Of a stretch of 64,000 nt of DNA, positions 19,525 through 29,375 are shown piece after piece. The stretch comes from an uncultured Gemmatimonadaceae bacterium (GTDB taxonomy: Bacteria > Gemmatimonadota > Gemmatimonadetes > Gemmatimonadales > Gemmatimonadaceae): contig CAVUDW010000004.1 in the NCBI GenBank assembly GCA_963740355.1, positions 1-64,000 of the forward strand, given 5' to 3'. Position 1 is the stretch's first letter. Every line of letters begins with the position of its first letter. A program made the translations under genes and the position numbers. The notes below the pieces were generated by a model. That model made no database searches. It worked only from the letters and a program-made list of their open reading frames with translations, and was not told the origin of the DNA.

Positions 19525-21936
19525 GTGAACACTCACGCGCTCACCGTACTCGAGTTTCCTCGGGTCCTCGACGTCGTTGCCGATCGCGCGTCATCCACGC
19601 TCGGTGCCGTTGCCGTGCGCGCCCTCCGGCCACGCACCGACCGCGACTGGCTGGCGGCTGAGTTGGCGCGAGTGCAGGCGATGCGCGCCGTGCTGAGTGG
19701 CGAGGGTGGGTGGTCACCGGAACCGATTCCGGATGTTAAACAGGCGCTGGCGCGACTTCGACTGGCAGGCGCCGCACTGGACGGCGCGCAACTCAGTGGC
19801 ATTGCCATGCTGCTCCGCTCCAGTCGGCGCACACAGGCCGCACTGCGCGATCCGCGGCGACCGGCCATGGCCACCGCCTACCTGCTGCCGTTCGCGGCGC
19901 GACTGATCGCTGCCCAGCGAGAAGAGGATGCGATCGATCGCGCCATCGATGGTGACGGTACCGTGCGCGACGACGCCTCGCCGACGCTGCGGCGGCTGCG
20001 TCGCGAACTGATGGGAGCACAGGGTGAACTGGTGCGGTTGCTCGAGCGAATCATGGCGCAGCTCGAGCCCAACCATCAGGTGCCCGACATGTCGGTCACC
20101 GTCCGCAACGGCCGATACGTCATCCCCGTGAAGTCGCACGCACGCGCTGCGCTCGGTGGCATTGTCCACGACTCCTCTGGAACCGGCGCCACCGTCTTTC
20201 TCGAGCCCCCTGCGGCGGTGGAATTCGGCAATCGCATTCGCGAACTCGAAGCTGATGAGCAGCGCGAAGTCGAGCGAATCCTGCGCGAGTTGAGCGACAA
20301 CGTGCGTCCGCTGCAGCCCGCCATGCTTGACGCCTTCGCGGCGCTCGTCGAGTTGGACGTGTTGTACGCGCGTGCGCGCTACGCCAACGAGTTCGGCTGC
20401 GAGCCGGCGGAACTGGGTGAACCGTCCGATGGACTGCAGGTGCGTTTCGGGCGACATCCGCTGTTGCTGGCGAAGAACGCGCCGGTGGTTCCCTTCGACC
20501 TCGTGCTGCTGCCCGACGAACGCACCTTGCTCATCTCGGGGCCGAACACCGGTGGCAAGACGGTGCTGCTCAAGGCGCTCGGCCTGTTCTGCGCGATGCT
20601 GCAGAGCGGTATCCCCGCGCCGGTTGGGCCGGAGAGCCGGTTGCCGATCGTCGACGACTGTTTCGCCGATGTCGGTGATGAACAGTCGCTGGAGGCGAAC
20701 CTGTCCACGTTCAGTGCGCACCTCGTGCACCAACGGGAGATCCTGCGCGGTGCGAGTGATCGCTCGTTGGTGCTGATCGACGAGTTGGGCTCCGGCACCG
20801 ACCCACTCGAGGGAGCAGCCCTTGGTGGTGCGATTCTCGAGGCGCTGACGCAGCGCAACACCCTCACCATCGCCACCACGCATCTTGGCGCGTTGAAGGA
20901 ACTCGCCGCTGAGGTGCCCGGTGTGGTAAATGCGTCACTGCAGTTTGACGCCGTGAAACTCGCGCCGACCTACCGTCTCCTGAAGGGCATCCCCGGCCGC
21001 TCGTACGGATTGAGCATTGCCCGTCGCCTCGACCTGCCGACAGCCGTACTCGATCGCGCGGAGCAGCGCGTTCCGCAGGTGGAGCGTGACGTGCACAAGC
21101 TGCTGGCAGATTTGGAAGCCCGTGATGAGGTTCTGGCGCAGCGTGAAGTTCAGCTCGACCGACTCGTCACCGACGCCGAATTGCAGGCCGGCGCCCTCGA
21201 CGCGCGTGAGCGGACGTTGCGGGACAAGGAGCGTGAGCTCGAGCGAGAGTCGCGGAAATCGGCGCGTGCGCACCTGCTCGAAGCGCGACAGACGATCGAG
21301 ACTGTGATCGCTGAATTGAAGTCCAAGGGCGCCGCAGAGATCGATGCCACTGCACGCGCTGCACGTCGACTGGTCGAGACGGAAGCCCAGCGTCAGGGGC
21401 GAGAACTCGAACGCCTCCTCGAGGAGCAGCGCAGCAAGGCGGCGGAAGCCGCACGTGCGCGCCGCGGCGGGATCGAACGTGTCGCCGAGGTGGGCGAGCT
21501 GGTGGAAGCGAGTGCCTTTGGCAATCGCGTCGGGACGTTGATCGACGTCAAGAACGGGTTGGGCACGGTGGCGATCGGCGCCTTGAAGATGAGTTTCCCG
21601 CTCGCGACGCTGCGCCCGACCGGGAAGAAGCCGGAGCGTGCGAGTGTCACCGTGACGATCAGCAATCCGGACGACGATACCGGCCCGCCGATGGGCGCCG
21701 GTGAAGTGGACTTGCGTGGCATGCGCGTGAGCGAGATCGACGACTTTGTGTCACGTGCGATCGACACCGCCGTACGTGCCGACCTCAAGGAACTCCGCAT
21801 CATTCACGGCAAGGGCACGGGTGCGTTGCGTGAGCGGGTGACGTCGATGCTGCGCAATGAATCGCGCGTGTCAGCGCACCGGATGGGATTGTGGAACGAG
21901 GGTGGCGCTGGCGTCACCATCGCCGAATTGCGCTGA
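19525..21936 (+). CDS. mutS2: Endonuclease MutS2 / ribosome-splitting factor RqcU
   Basis: GTG start (VNTHALTVLEF); SGPNTGGKT, DELGSGTDP, TTH, coiled coil and Smr domain IIHGKGTGAL. Confidence 0.95.
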   Translation: MNTHALTVLEFPRVLDVVADRASSTLGAVAVRALRPRTDRDWLAAELARVQAMRAVLSGEGGWSPEPIPDVKQALARLRLAGAALDGAQLSGIAMLLRSSRRTQAALRDPRRPAMATAYLLPFAARLIAAQREEDAIDRAIDGDGTVRDDASPTLRRLRRELMGAQGELVRLLERIMAQLEPNHQVPDMSVTVRNGRYVIPVKSHARAALGGIVHDSSGTGATVFLEPPAAVEFGNRIRELEADEQREVERILRELSDNVRPLQPAMLDAFAALVELDVLYARARYANEFGCEPAELGEPSDGLQVRFGRHPLLLAKNAPVVPFDLVLLPDERTLLISGPNTGGKTVLLKALGLFCAMLQSGIPAPVGPESRLPIVDDCFADVGDEQSLEANLSTFSAHLVHQREILRGASDRSLVLIDELGSGTDPLEGAALGGAILEALTQRNTLTIATTHLGALKELAAEVPGVVNASLQFDAVKLAPTYRLLKGIPGRSYGLSIARRLDLPTAVLDRAEQRVPQVERDVHKLLADLEARDEVLAQREVQLDRLVTDAELQAGALDARERTLRDKERELERESRKSARAHLLEARQTIETVIAELKSKGAAEIDATARAARRLVETEAQRQGRELERLLEEQRSKAAEAARARRGGIERVAEVGELVEASAFGNRVGTLIDVKNGLGTVAIGALKMSFPLATLRPTGKKPERASVTVTISNPDDDTGPPMGAGEVDLRGMRVSEIDDFVSRAIDTAVRADLKELRIIHGKGTGALRERVTSMLRNESRVSAHRMGLWNEGGAGVTIAELR

Positions 21937-21963
21937 TCGCCACGCCACACTGCGTCGCTTCCC

Positions 21964-23931
21964 ATGATTCCGCAGGAGACCATCGAACGCATCCGCGAAT
22001 CGGCCGATCTCGTCGCCCTCATCGGCGAGTCGGTCAAGTTGCGGCGTGTCGGTCATGACTTCCGCGGACCGTGCCCGTTCCACGGCGGCAAGAATCCGAA
22101 CTTCAGCGTCTCCACGCGAAACAACACCTACCACTGCTTCAAGTGCGGCGAGAGCGGCGATGTCTTCACGTACCTGCAGAAGCACGCGGGTATGGACTGG
22201 CCGACCGCGGTGCGCAGTGCGGCGGATCGTGCGGGAATCGTGATCGTCGAGACGCGTGGCTCACGGGAAGATGCCCGTGACACACGCGAGCCGGTCTGGG
22301 CACTGCTCGGCGCTGCGATCGAGTTCTTCCGCGAATCACTCTGGGCACCGGAGGGGTCGGCCGCGCAGTCGTATCTCGCCTCGCGCGGGCTGGACCGTGC
22401 GGCCTGTGATCGCTTCGAGATCGGGTATGCGCCAGCGGATGCGGATGTGCTCCGCGTGAAACTCGGCGCGCTCGGCTACAACGAATTGCAGTTGCTCGAT
22501 GCCGGGCTCCTCGTGAAGCGCGAGGAAGATGGTCGTATTCGAGCGCGCTTCCGCAATCGCGTGATGTTCCCGATTCACGACGCCGCAGGGCACCCAGTGG
22601 GATTCGGCGGCCGGTTGATGGGGCCTGGTGAACCCAAGTACCTGAACTCGTCCGACTCGCCGATCTTCAGCAAGGGGCAGTTGCTGTACGGCCTGAACTG
22701 GGCCAAGAACTCGCTCCGCAAGGATGATCAGGCGCTCGTGGTCGAAGGCTACATGGACGTCATCCGGCTGCACCTCGCAGGGGCAACGCAGGCCGTCGCC
22801 GGGCTCGGCACCGCATTGACCGAGGGGCAGGCGCAGTTGCTCACGCGCTACACGAAGAACGTGTTCCTCCTGTACGACAGTGACGAGGCAGGCCAGAAGG
22901 CGACATTCAAGGCCGGCAAGGAACTGCTCAAGCAGAATGCGGCAGTGCGTGTCGTGACGCTGCCGGAGGGTGACGACCCTGACACCTTCACCGTGAAGTA
23001 CGGTCGCGCTGGACTCGATCGCGCGCTGCACGCCGGCACTGACATCTTCGAGCGGCAACTGCAGCTCATGGATCAGCGCGGCTACTTCCGCGATCTCACC
23101 AAGGCGCGCTCTGCCATCGACAAGGTCATTCCGACGCTCAGGGCGACGGCTGATGATGTGACGCGTGCGCTGTACCTCGCGCGACTCGCTGAGGTCACGC
23201 ATGTCCCCGCAGCGGTGATCGAGGCGGAAATGGCGAAACCCCAGCGGCAGCGCGCGCCTGCGCCGCCGACCGCCGCGCGGCCACGCGCCACGGGCACCGC
23301 CAGCGCTGACGGTCCGCCGATGGGCGGGGACGATCCGCACATCTACGAGACCCAGTACCACGACGACGTCCACGAGGTCCCCAAGGTGCAGCCGCCACCG
23401 CTCGATGCGCCGCCGCGCGGCAAGTGGCAACGGAAGCGGCCGGAGGTCGGCTGGAAGATGGACTCGTCGCGCCCGCGTGCGGCCAGCAATGGGCTCGTGG
23501 CCGGACCGGAACTCGCTGTCGTGGCACTGCTGATCCAGGATCGACGCTGGGTGTTGAATGCCTCTGAGCAGATCGATGTGGAACTGTTCGAGGACAACCG
23601 GCTGCGGGCCATTTACGAGACGCTGCTCAAGCTCGGCGCGGATGAACCGCTCGATACGGTGGAGTTGGCACTTGGCTCCGACGCGCCCTTTGCGATGGAT
23701 GTGTTTCTCGAAGTGGTCGCGCGCACCGCGGAGCTGGCACCTGGTGCCGGCGCCGCGGTTCTCGAAGGTGCCGTGAGGCAATTCCGGGTCCGCCAGCTCG
23801 ACCACACGCTGCGCGACCTCGATGCCTTGATTCGTGAGACGAGTCCGGAGTCGCGGCGCGAACTGGAACTCGAGCGTGAGGCGCTGCGCGTCGAGCGTCG
23901 GACGTTGCTCGCCGAGCGATTCCGTTCGTGA
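21964..23931 (+). CDS. dnaG: DNA primase
   Basis: CPFH...CFKC zinc finger, PKYLNS and Toprim EGYMD/DSDEAG. Confidence 0.96.
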   Translation: MIPQETIERIRESADLVALIGESVKLRRVGHDFRGPCPFHGGKNPNFSVSTRNNTYHCFKCGESGDVFTYLQKHAGMDWPTAVRSAADRAGIVIVETRGSREDARDTREPVWALLGAAIEFFRESLWAPEGSAAQSYLASRGLDRAACDRFEIGYAPADADVLRVKLGALGYNELQLLDAGLLVKREEDGRIRARFRNRVMFPIHDAAGHPVGFGGRLMGPGEPKYLNSSDSPIFSKGQLLYGLNWAKNSLRKDDQALVVEGYMDVIRLHLAGATQAVAGLGTALTEGQAQLLTRYTKNVFLLYDSDEAGQKATFKAGKELLKQNAAVRVVTLPEGDDPDTFTVKYGRAGLDRALHAGTDIFERQLQLMDQRGYFRDLTKARSAIDKVIPTLRATADDVTRALYLARLAEVTHVPAAVIEAEMAKPQRQRAPAPPTAARPRATGTASADGPPMGGDDPHIYETQYHDDVHEVPKVQPPPLDAPPRGKWQRKRPEVGWKMDSSRPRAASNGLVAGPELAVVALLIQDRRWVLNASEQIDVELFEDNRLRAIYETLLKLGADEPLDTVELALGSDAPFAMDVFLEVVARTAELAPGAGAAVLEGAVRQFRVRQLDHTLRDLDALIRETSPESRRELELEREALRVERRTLLAERFRS

Positions 23932-23991
23932 TCAGCCGATGCGGCGTGTTTTTGTGTTGTTCGTGACACACCCGTTCCGTACTTTGCAGAC

Positions 23992-25716
23992 ATGAGCACC
24001 GCCGCGCCGCGCACCAGACCGCCCACCCGCTGGCTTCCACCGCCAGTGGTGGACGACGTCGCGGTCCAGCACCTGTCGGCGGCCCTGTCGCTGCCCGCGG
24101 TGCTGTGCCAGCTGCTGGTGCAGCGTGGGTATGGCGATGTCGACGCAGCCAAGCGATTTCTGCGTCCGCGGCTCGAGCAGTTGAGCGATCCCTTCACGCT
24201 GCTCGGAATGACGGCCGCCGTGGATCGGCTCGTGCGCGCCATTCGTGCGGGTGAAACGATCCTCGTGCACGGCGACTACGATGTGGATGGCATGTGCAGT
24301 ACAGCGCTGCTCACACGCGCACTGCGTCAGCTCGGCGGGCACGTCGTGCCGTTCATCCCGCACCGGTTGCATGATGGCTACGATCTCACCGACGCGGGTG
24401 TGCAGGCGGCGATTGCAGCGCGTGCGCAGGTGGTGCTGACTGCAGACTGTGGCACCAGCGCGTTGCCTGCGATTGCTGCCCTGTCGGCGGCGGGTATCGA
24501 TGTCATCGTCAGCGATCACCACCTGCCTGGTGGCCCGCTGCCCGAGTGTCATGCGATCCTCAATCCCAAGCAGCCCGGCTGCACCTCGCCCGACCAGGAT
24601 TTTGCTGCGGTTGGCATTGCCTTCAAGCTCGCACTGGCGGTGTCGCGCGCGATGGGCGCGAACGACAGTTTCGTCTTCGGATTGCTGGACCTCGTGGCGC
24701 TGGCCACGGTTGCCGACCTCGCGCCCTTGCGCGGGGAGAACCGCGTGTTCGTGCGATACGGCCTGAAGTTGATGGGTGAGACGAGAAACCCCGGTCTCCG
24801 TGCGCTCATCCGGGCCTCGGGGCTCGAGGGCAAGCCACTCACCGCTGGCCGCATCGGCTACATCCTCGGCCCTCGACTGAATGCCGTCGGGCGCCTGGGC
24901 AATGCGATGCGCGGCGTCGACCTGCTCCTGACCGACGATCCTGGCGAGGCGAACGAGATTGCGCGCGAACTCGAGGAGATGAACCAGCGGCGCCAGTCGC
25001 TCGATCGTACCACGCTCGATGAGGCGATGCGCATCGTCGATACGATCGATCTCGATGAGACCTATGGGCTGGTGATCGCCAAGCAGGGCTGGCACGCGGG
25101 AGTGATCGGGATCGTGGCATCTCGCATCGTTGAGCAGGTGTCGCGGCCGGTTGTCATGGTCGCGCTCGAGGGAGAGACGGGGAAGGGGAGCGGGCGCTCA
25201 ATCAGTCGCTTCGATCTGCATGCCGGCCTGTCGGCGTGTCGCGAGCACCTGATTCGATTTGGCGGCCACCGTGCGGCGGCCGGCATCACCGTGGAAAGCC
25301 GGTTGATCCCGACGCTTCAGGCGGCGTTCAACGATGTCGCCCGCGCGCAGCTGTCGGCCGACGATCTCGTGCCGGAACAGCGCATCGATCTCGAATTGCG
25401 TGATGGCGACGTCACAGATGAACTCGAAAAGCTCCTGCAGTACTTCGAGCCGCACGGCCTTGGCAATCCGACGCCGACGCTCGCCTTGCGTGGTGCACGA
25501 CTCGATGCGCCGCCGCGCAAGATCGGGAGTACGGATGGTGTGCGCACCTCTGTCAGCACGGCGCACGGGTCCATCTCCGCGATCGGCTGGCGGCTTGGCG
25601 ACCGTGCAAAGTTGCTGGATCCCGCCATCCCAGTCGACCTCGCGTTCCGGCTCGATCGGGACGATTACAAGGGCGCGGACAAGTTGCAGTTGCAGTTGCT
25701 CGACGTGCGGCGCTGA
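23992..25716 (+). CDS. recJ: ssDNA exonuclease RecJ
   Basis: HGDYDVDG, DHH, PRLNAVGR, GSGRS and GGHRAAAG. Confidence 0.96.
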   Translation: MSTAAPRTRPPTRWLPPPVVDDVAVQHLSAALSLPAVLCQLLVQRGYGDVDAAKRFLRPRLEQLSDPFTLLGMTAAVDRLVRAIRAGETILVHGDYDVDGMCSTALLTRALRQLGGHVVPFIPHRLHDGYDLTDAGVQAAIAARAQVVLTADCGTSALPAIAALSAAGIDVIVSDHHLPGGPLPECHAILNPKQPGCTSPDQDFAAVGIAFKLALAVSRAMGANDSFVFGLLDLVALATVADLAPLRGENRVFVRYGLKLMGETRNPGLRALIRASGLEGKPLTAGRIGYILGPRLNAVGRLGNAMRGVDLLLTDDPGEANEIARELEEMNQRRQSLDRTTLDEAMRIVDTIDLDETYGLVIAKQGWHAGVIGIVASRIVEQVSRPVVMVALEGETGKGSGRSISRFDLHAGLSACREHLIRFGGHRAAAGITVESRLIPTLQAAFNDVARAQLSADDLVPEQRIDLELRDGDVTDELEKLLQYFEPHGLGNPTPTLALRGARLDAPPRKIGSTDGVRTSVSTAHGSISAIGWRLGDRAKLLDPAIPVDLAFRLDRDDYKGADKLQLQLLDVRR

Positions 25717-25719
25717 CGC

Positions 25720-26238
25720 GTGCGCATCATCGGCGGGACATGGCGCGGCCGTACCATTGCCGTACCGGCGTCTGGTGGTGTGCGACCCACCGGCGACCGC
25801 GTTCGGGAGGCGTGGTTCAGCATCATTCAGTTCGACGTCCCAAAGGCACGCGTGATCGACCTCTGCGCTGGATCGGGAGCTCTTGGAATCGAAGCCCTCA
25901 GTCGTGGGGCAGCGCACGTGACGTTCGTGGATTCGTCTCCGGCGGCGCTGGCCGCGATCCAGAAGAATCTCAAGTCGCTTGGTGCCGATCCCACGACCTG
26001 GACGCTGCATCGTGGCGACGCCGAGCAATTCGTGCGTGGGCTGCCCGCGCACGCCTATTCTCTCGGCTTTGCAGACCCGCCCTACGCGCTTGGCGTGGCT
26101 GCTGGGCTGGGCGAAGCGTGGCGTTCCGTGCACTTTGCAACGCTCTTCACCATCGAGCACCCGGCGGCGCTGGATCTGGGTGATGGTGGTGACCGCCGAC
26201 GGTACGGGCAGACGGCCATTACCTTCTTTCGCGGTTGA
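25720..26238 (+). CDS. rsmD: 16S rRNA m2G966 methyltransferase
   Basis: MRIIGG.WRGR, RPTGDRVRE, DLCAGSGALGIEALSRGA and DPPY. Confidence 0.93.
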   Translation: MRIIGGTWRGRTIAVPASGGVRPTGDRVREAWFSIIQFDVPKARVIDLCAGSGALGIEALSRGAAHVTFVDSSPAALAAIQKNLKSLGADPTTWTLHRGDAEQFVRGLPAHAYSLGFADPPYALGVAAGLGEAWRSVHFATLFTIEHPAALDLGDGGDRRRYGQTAITFFRG

Positions 26239-26285
26239 GTCGTGAGCCTCTCGACGTTTTCTCCTGGATCCAAGCCCCAACTCTC

Positions 26286-26777
26286 ATGAGCCGAATTGCG
26301 CTCTACGCCGGTAGCTTCGATCCCGTCACGCGCGGCCACCTGGACCTCATGCGCCGATCGCTGCACTTCGTCGACACACTCGTCGTCGCGGTGGCCACCA
26401 ACCCGAAGAAGACGTCGCTGTTCAGCGCCGAGGAGCGTGTCCGCTTCATCGTCGGCGCCACCGACGACGAGAAGCGCATCATCGTGCGTGGCTTTGACGG
26501 TCTGCTGGTCGACCTCGCGCACGAGGTTGGCGCCTCGATGCTGATCCGCGGGCTGCGTGCCGTCAGCGACTTCGAATACGAGTTCCAGATGGCGCTGATG
26601 AATCGCCACCTCGCCGCCGACCTGGAGACGGTGTTCATGGTGCCGTCGCTCGACACGACCTACATCTCCAGTTCCATGGTGCGCGAGGTGGCTCGTTTCG
26701 GCGGCGACGTGAGCGACCTGACCCACCCGGCCGTCGTCGCGGCGTTGCACACGAAATTTCGCTACGCGGAACGGTGA
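26286..26777 (+). CDS. coaD: Pantetheine-phosphate adenylyltransferase
   Basis: YAGSFDPVTRGH, RGLRAVSDFEYE and ISSSMVRE. Confidence 0.96.
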   Translation: MSRIALYAGSFDPVTRGHLDLMRRSLHFVDTLVVAVATNPKKTSLFSAEERVRFIVGATDDEKRIIVRGFDGLLVDLAHEVGASMLIRGLRAVSDFEYEFQMALMNRHLAADLETVFMVPSLDTTYISSSMVREVARFGGDVSDLTHPAVVAALHTKFRYAER

Positions 26778-27760
26778 CGGCCTTTCTCGACTCCCTTCAC
26801 CGGCGTGCGGCCGCAGTCTGCCCGCGCATCGTGTTTGCCGAGGGAGCCGATACGCGCACGCTCGACGCAGTGGCCGAAGTCGTGGCGAAGGGGATTGCCC
26901 AACCTCTGGTTGTCGTCCCGGATGTCACGTTCGTCGCGGCGGTCCGGGCGCGCGGCGGTCAGGCGATCATTCCCGACGAAAGCATCCATTTCGCAAAGGT
27001 CCAGGATTGCCTTTCGTTGTGGGCTCGTTCTCGTTCGCGAAGTGAAACCGAGGCACGTGCCAACGCCACCAATCCGCTCGCATTCGCCAACGCGTTGGTC
27101 GCCGTCGGTGAAGCCGACGCGTGTGTCGCCGGCGCAGTGCACACCACGGCCGATGTGCTCCGGTGGGCGCTACGCCTGATCGGGGCAGAAGGGGCGAGCC
27201 GGAGTGTCTCGGGGGCGTTCTACCTGGTGGATCCGGGCACGGGACCCGCGTGGCCGCATGAAGTCCTCACGTTCAGCGACTGCGGTGTGATCCCCGAACC
27301 GACGGTCGAGCAGTTGTCCGACATCGCCATTGCAGCGGCGGCTGATCGTGTGCGCATCGTGGGTGATGAACCGGCGATTGCGTTCCTCAGCTTCAGCACG
27401 CGCGGCAGTGCCGAAGCGGCCACGGTACTCCGCGTGCGACAGGCGGTCGCGCTGACACGCGCGCGGCGGCCGGACCTGTGGGTCGATGGTGAATTGCAGG
27501 CGGATGCGGCATTGGACAGCATCGTTGCGGCACGAAAGGCACCGGGCAGCGCCGTCGCCGGCAAGGCGAACATTCTGATCTTTCCTTCTCTCGACGCAGG
27601 CAACATCGCATACAAACTGGTGCAGTACCTGAGTGGTGCGACAGCCATCGGCCCGATCGTACAGGGCCTGAAGAAGCCGTCCCTCGATCTCTCGCGTGGT
27701 GCGACGGCGCCAGAGATCGTGCACGCGGCGGCGATCGCCGCACTGCAGACCGTGCGATGA
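26774..27760 (+). CDS. pta: Phosphate acetyltransferase (short PTA/PTB type)
   Basis: LSFSTRGSA, DGELQADAA, GNIAYKLVQ and GPIVQGLKKPSLDLSRG. Confidence 0.88.
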   Translation: MTAFLDSLHRRAAAVCPRIVFAEGADTRTLDAVAEVVAKGIAQPLVVVPDVTFVAAVRARGGQAIIPDESIHFAKVQDCLSLWARSRSRSETEARANATNPLAFANALVAVGEADACVAGAVHTTADVLRWALRLIGAEGASRSVSGAFYLVDPGTGPAWPHEVLTFSDCGVIPEPTVEQLSDIAIAAAADRVRIVGDEPAIAFLSFSTRGSAEAATVLRVRQAVALTRARRPDLWVDGELQADAALDSIVAARKAPGSAVAGKANILIFPSLDAGNIAYKLVQYLSGATAIGPIVQGLKKPSLDLSRGATAPEIVHAAAIAALQTVR

Positions 27761-28578
27761 CCGACGACTTTCGCAACGATCGTCACCCGCCGATCCGCAA
27801 GCGACTGGGGCAACACTTCCTCACGGATGTGCGCACGCTCGACAAGATCGCCGACGTCCTCGAAATCACGAAGGCGGATACCGTCGTCGAAATCGGGCCG
27901 GGTCGTGGCGCACTCACCGATCGACTCGCCGCGCGCGCTGGGCGCCTCGTGACGATCGAGATCGACAAGATGCTCGTGCCGATCCTGCGCAAGCGATACG
28001 CCGACAAGTCCAACGTGCTGGTGGTCGAATCCGACGTCCTGGAGCTGGCACTGGGCGAGGTTGCCGGCGGTCCGTATCTGCTGGCTGGCAACGTGCCGTA
28101 CTACATCACGACGCCGATCATCTTTCACGCCATGACGCGTCCGCGCCCGGATCGCGCGGTCTTTCTCGTGCAACGCGAAGTTGCCGATCGCGCGGTCGCC
28201 GCACCCGGCTCGAAGGAATACGGCGCACTCTCGGTGAACTTGCAGGCGCTCGCCACGGTGTCGTTGCGCGGCATCGTGAAGCCAAGCGCCTTCAATCCGC
28301 CGCCGTCGGTGGAATCCGCGATTCTTCATCTCGTGCCGCGCGTCGATCCCGTCATCGCCGAGGACGAAGAGGCGGCGTTTCGCAAGCTGGTGATCGCCTC
28401 GTTCGGGTTGCGGCGCAAGCAGCTGCGCCGTGTCGTGCGGACGGTGCGTGGCTTGTCAGCCGAGGAGGCAGATGTGGCGTTGTCGGCAGCCGGCATCGAT
28501 CCAGAAGCGCGCCCGGAAACACTTTCGGCGCAGCAGTTCGCTCAGCTCCTGCGCGCGCTGCCAGCGGCCGCGCCGTAA
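27757..28578 (+). CDS. rsmA: 16S rRNA dimethyladenosine transferase
   Basis: LGQHFL, EIGPGRG, NVPYYIT and QREVADR. Confidence 0.95.
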   Translation: MTDDFRNDRHPPIRKRLGQHFLTDVRTLDKIADVLEITKADTVVEIGPGRGALTDRLAARAGRLVTIEIDKMLVPILRKRYADKSNVLVVESDVLELALGEVAGGPYLLAGNVPYYITTPIIFHAMTRPRPDRAVFLVQREVADRAVAAPGSKEYGALSVNLQALATVSLRGIVKPSAFNPPPSVESAILHLVPRVDPVIAEDEEAAFRKLVIASFGLRRKQLRRVVRTVRGLSAEEADVALSAAGIDPEARPETLSAQQFAQLLRALPAAAP

Positions 28579-28582
28579 CCAC

Positions 28583-29254
28583 TCAGCGCGGAGCAGCTCC
28601 GCCATCACGGTGCACAAGCGCGTAGGCCAGGCCTTCCAACTCGAGCGCCATGTTCACCGATTTCACCGTCACGGTTCCCGGCACGTGAATCGGTGCCGGT
28701 GCGAAGTTCATGATCGCGCGAATGCCGGCCGCGACCACGCGATCCGCCACCGCCTGCGCATGTTCGGCCGGGACGGTGATGACCGCAATCTCAGGGAGTT
28801 CCCGCGCGGCGTCATGCTCCAGCTGCGCCATGCTGCGAACGCCGACGCCGTCGATCATGCGTCCCACCAGCTGCGGGTTGTTGTCGTAGATCCCCAGCAC
28901 CCGGAACCCGCGTTGCGAAAAGCCTCGATAGCTGACCAAGGCCGCACCGATCTTGCCGGCCCCGACTATGTAGACCTTCCACTCCCGGCCCAGTCCGAGA
29001 ATTTCCTGTAGCTGCGTGACGAGCTCGGCCACGTCATAGCCGCGGCCGCGCTTGCCGAAGGATCCGAAGAAACTCAGGTCTTTCCGCACCTGGGCGGACG
29101 TGGTGCCACCGTCCTCGGCGAGCGTATCGCTCGAGATCGTTTGCTGGCCACGGGCGGCGGCCTGTTCGAGCACGCGCAGGTAGAGCGACAGACGCCGAAC
29201 GGTGGATTCGGCGATGTGCTTTTCGGGGGCGGGGGGGGCAGGTGAGTGAGCCAT
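28583..29254 (-). CDS. rex: Redox-sensing transcriptional repressor Rex
   Basis: RRLSLYLR, QVRKDLSFFGSFGKRGRGY, GAGKIG Rossmann motif and NFAP. Confidence 0.96.
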   Translation of the reverse strand: MAHSPAPPAPEKHIAESTVRRLSLYLRVLEQAAARGQQTISSDTLAEDGGTTSAQVRKDLSFFGSFGKRGRGYDVAELVTQLQEILGLGREWKVYIVGAGKIGAALVSYRGFSQRGFRVLGIYDNNPQLVGRMIDGVGVRSMAQLEHDAARELPEIAVITVPAEHAQAVADRVVAAGIRAIMNFAPAPIHVPGTVTVKSVNMALELEGLAYALVHRDGGAAPR

Positions 29255-29257
29255 GTC

Positions 29258-29275
29258 TTGTGAAGAATTTCACAA
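29258..29275. promoter_or_regulatory. Rex operator (ROP)
   Basis: TTGTGAA-GAAT-TTCACAA matches TTGTGAA-N4-TTCACAA exactly; the palindrome extends to 29256-29277. Confidence 0.9.
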
Positions 29276-29375
29276 GAAAGGGGCCGGAAGGCCAGCCCGA
29301 CCGGGCCACGGAGGTGGAGGGCACCGCTCCCATCGTCTGGGTTCACCCAGTCGGCCAAACGCGTAGCTTGTCTGG

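Noticed and set aside
27685..27722. Pta has Glu (DLSRGATAPEIV) at the usual catalytic Asp position
   Set aside because: A conservative change that I recall in active homologues such as EutD; not evidence of a new function.
29225..29238. G5-C-G8 tract at the rex N-terminus as a phase-variation switch
   Set aside because: The frame is intact and encodes a Pro-rich leader (PAPPAP); one sequence gives no evidence of length variation.
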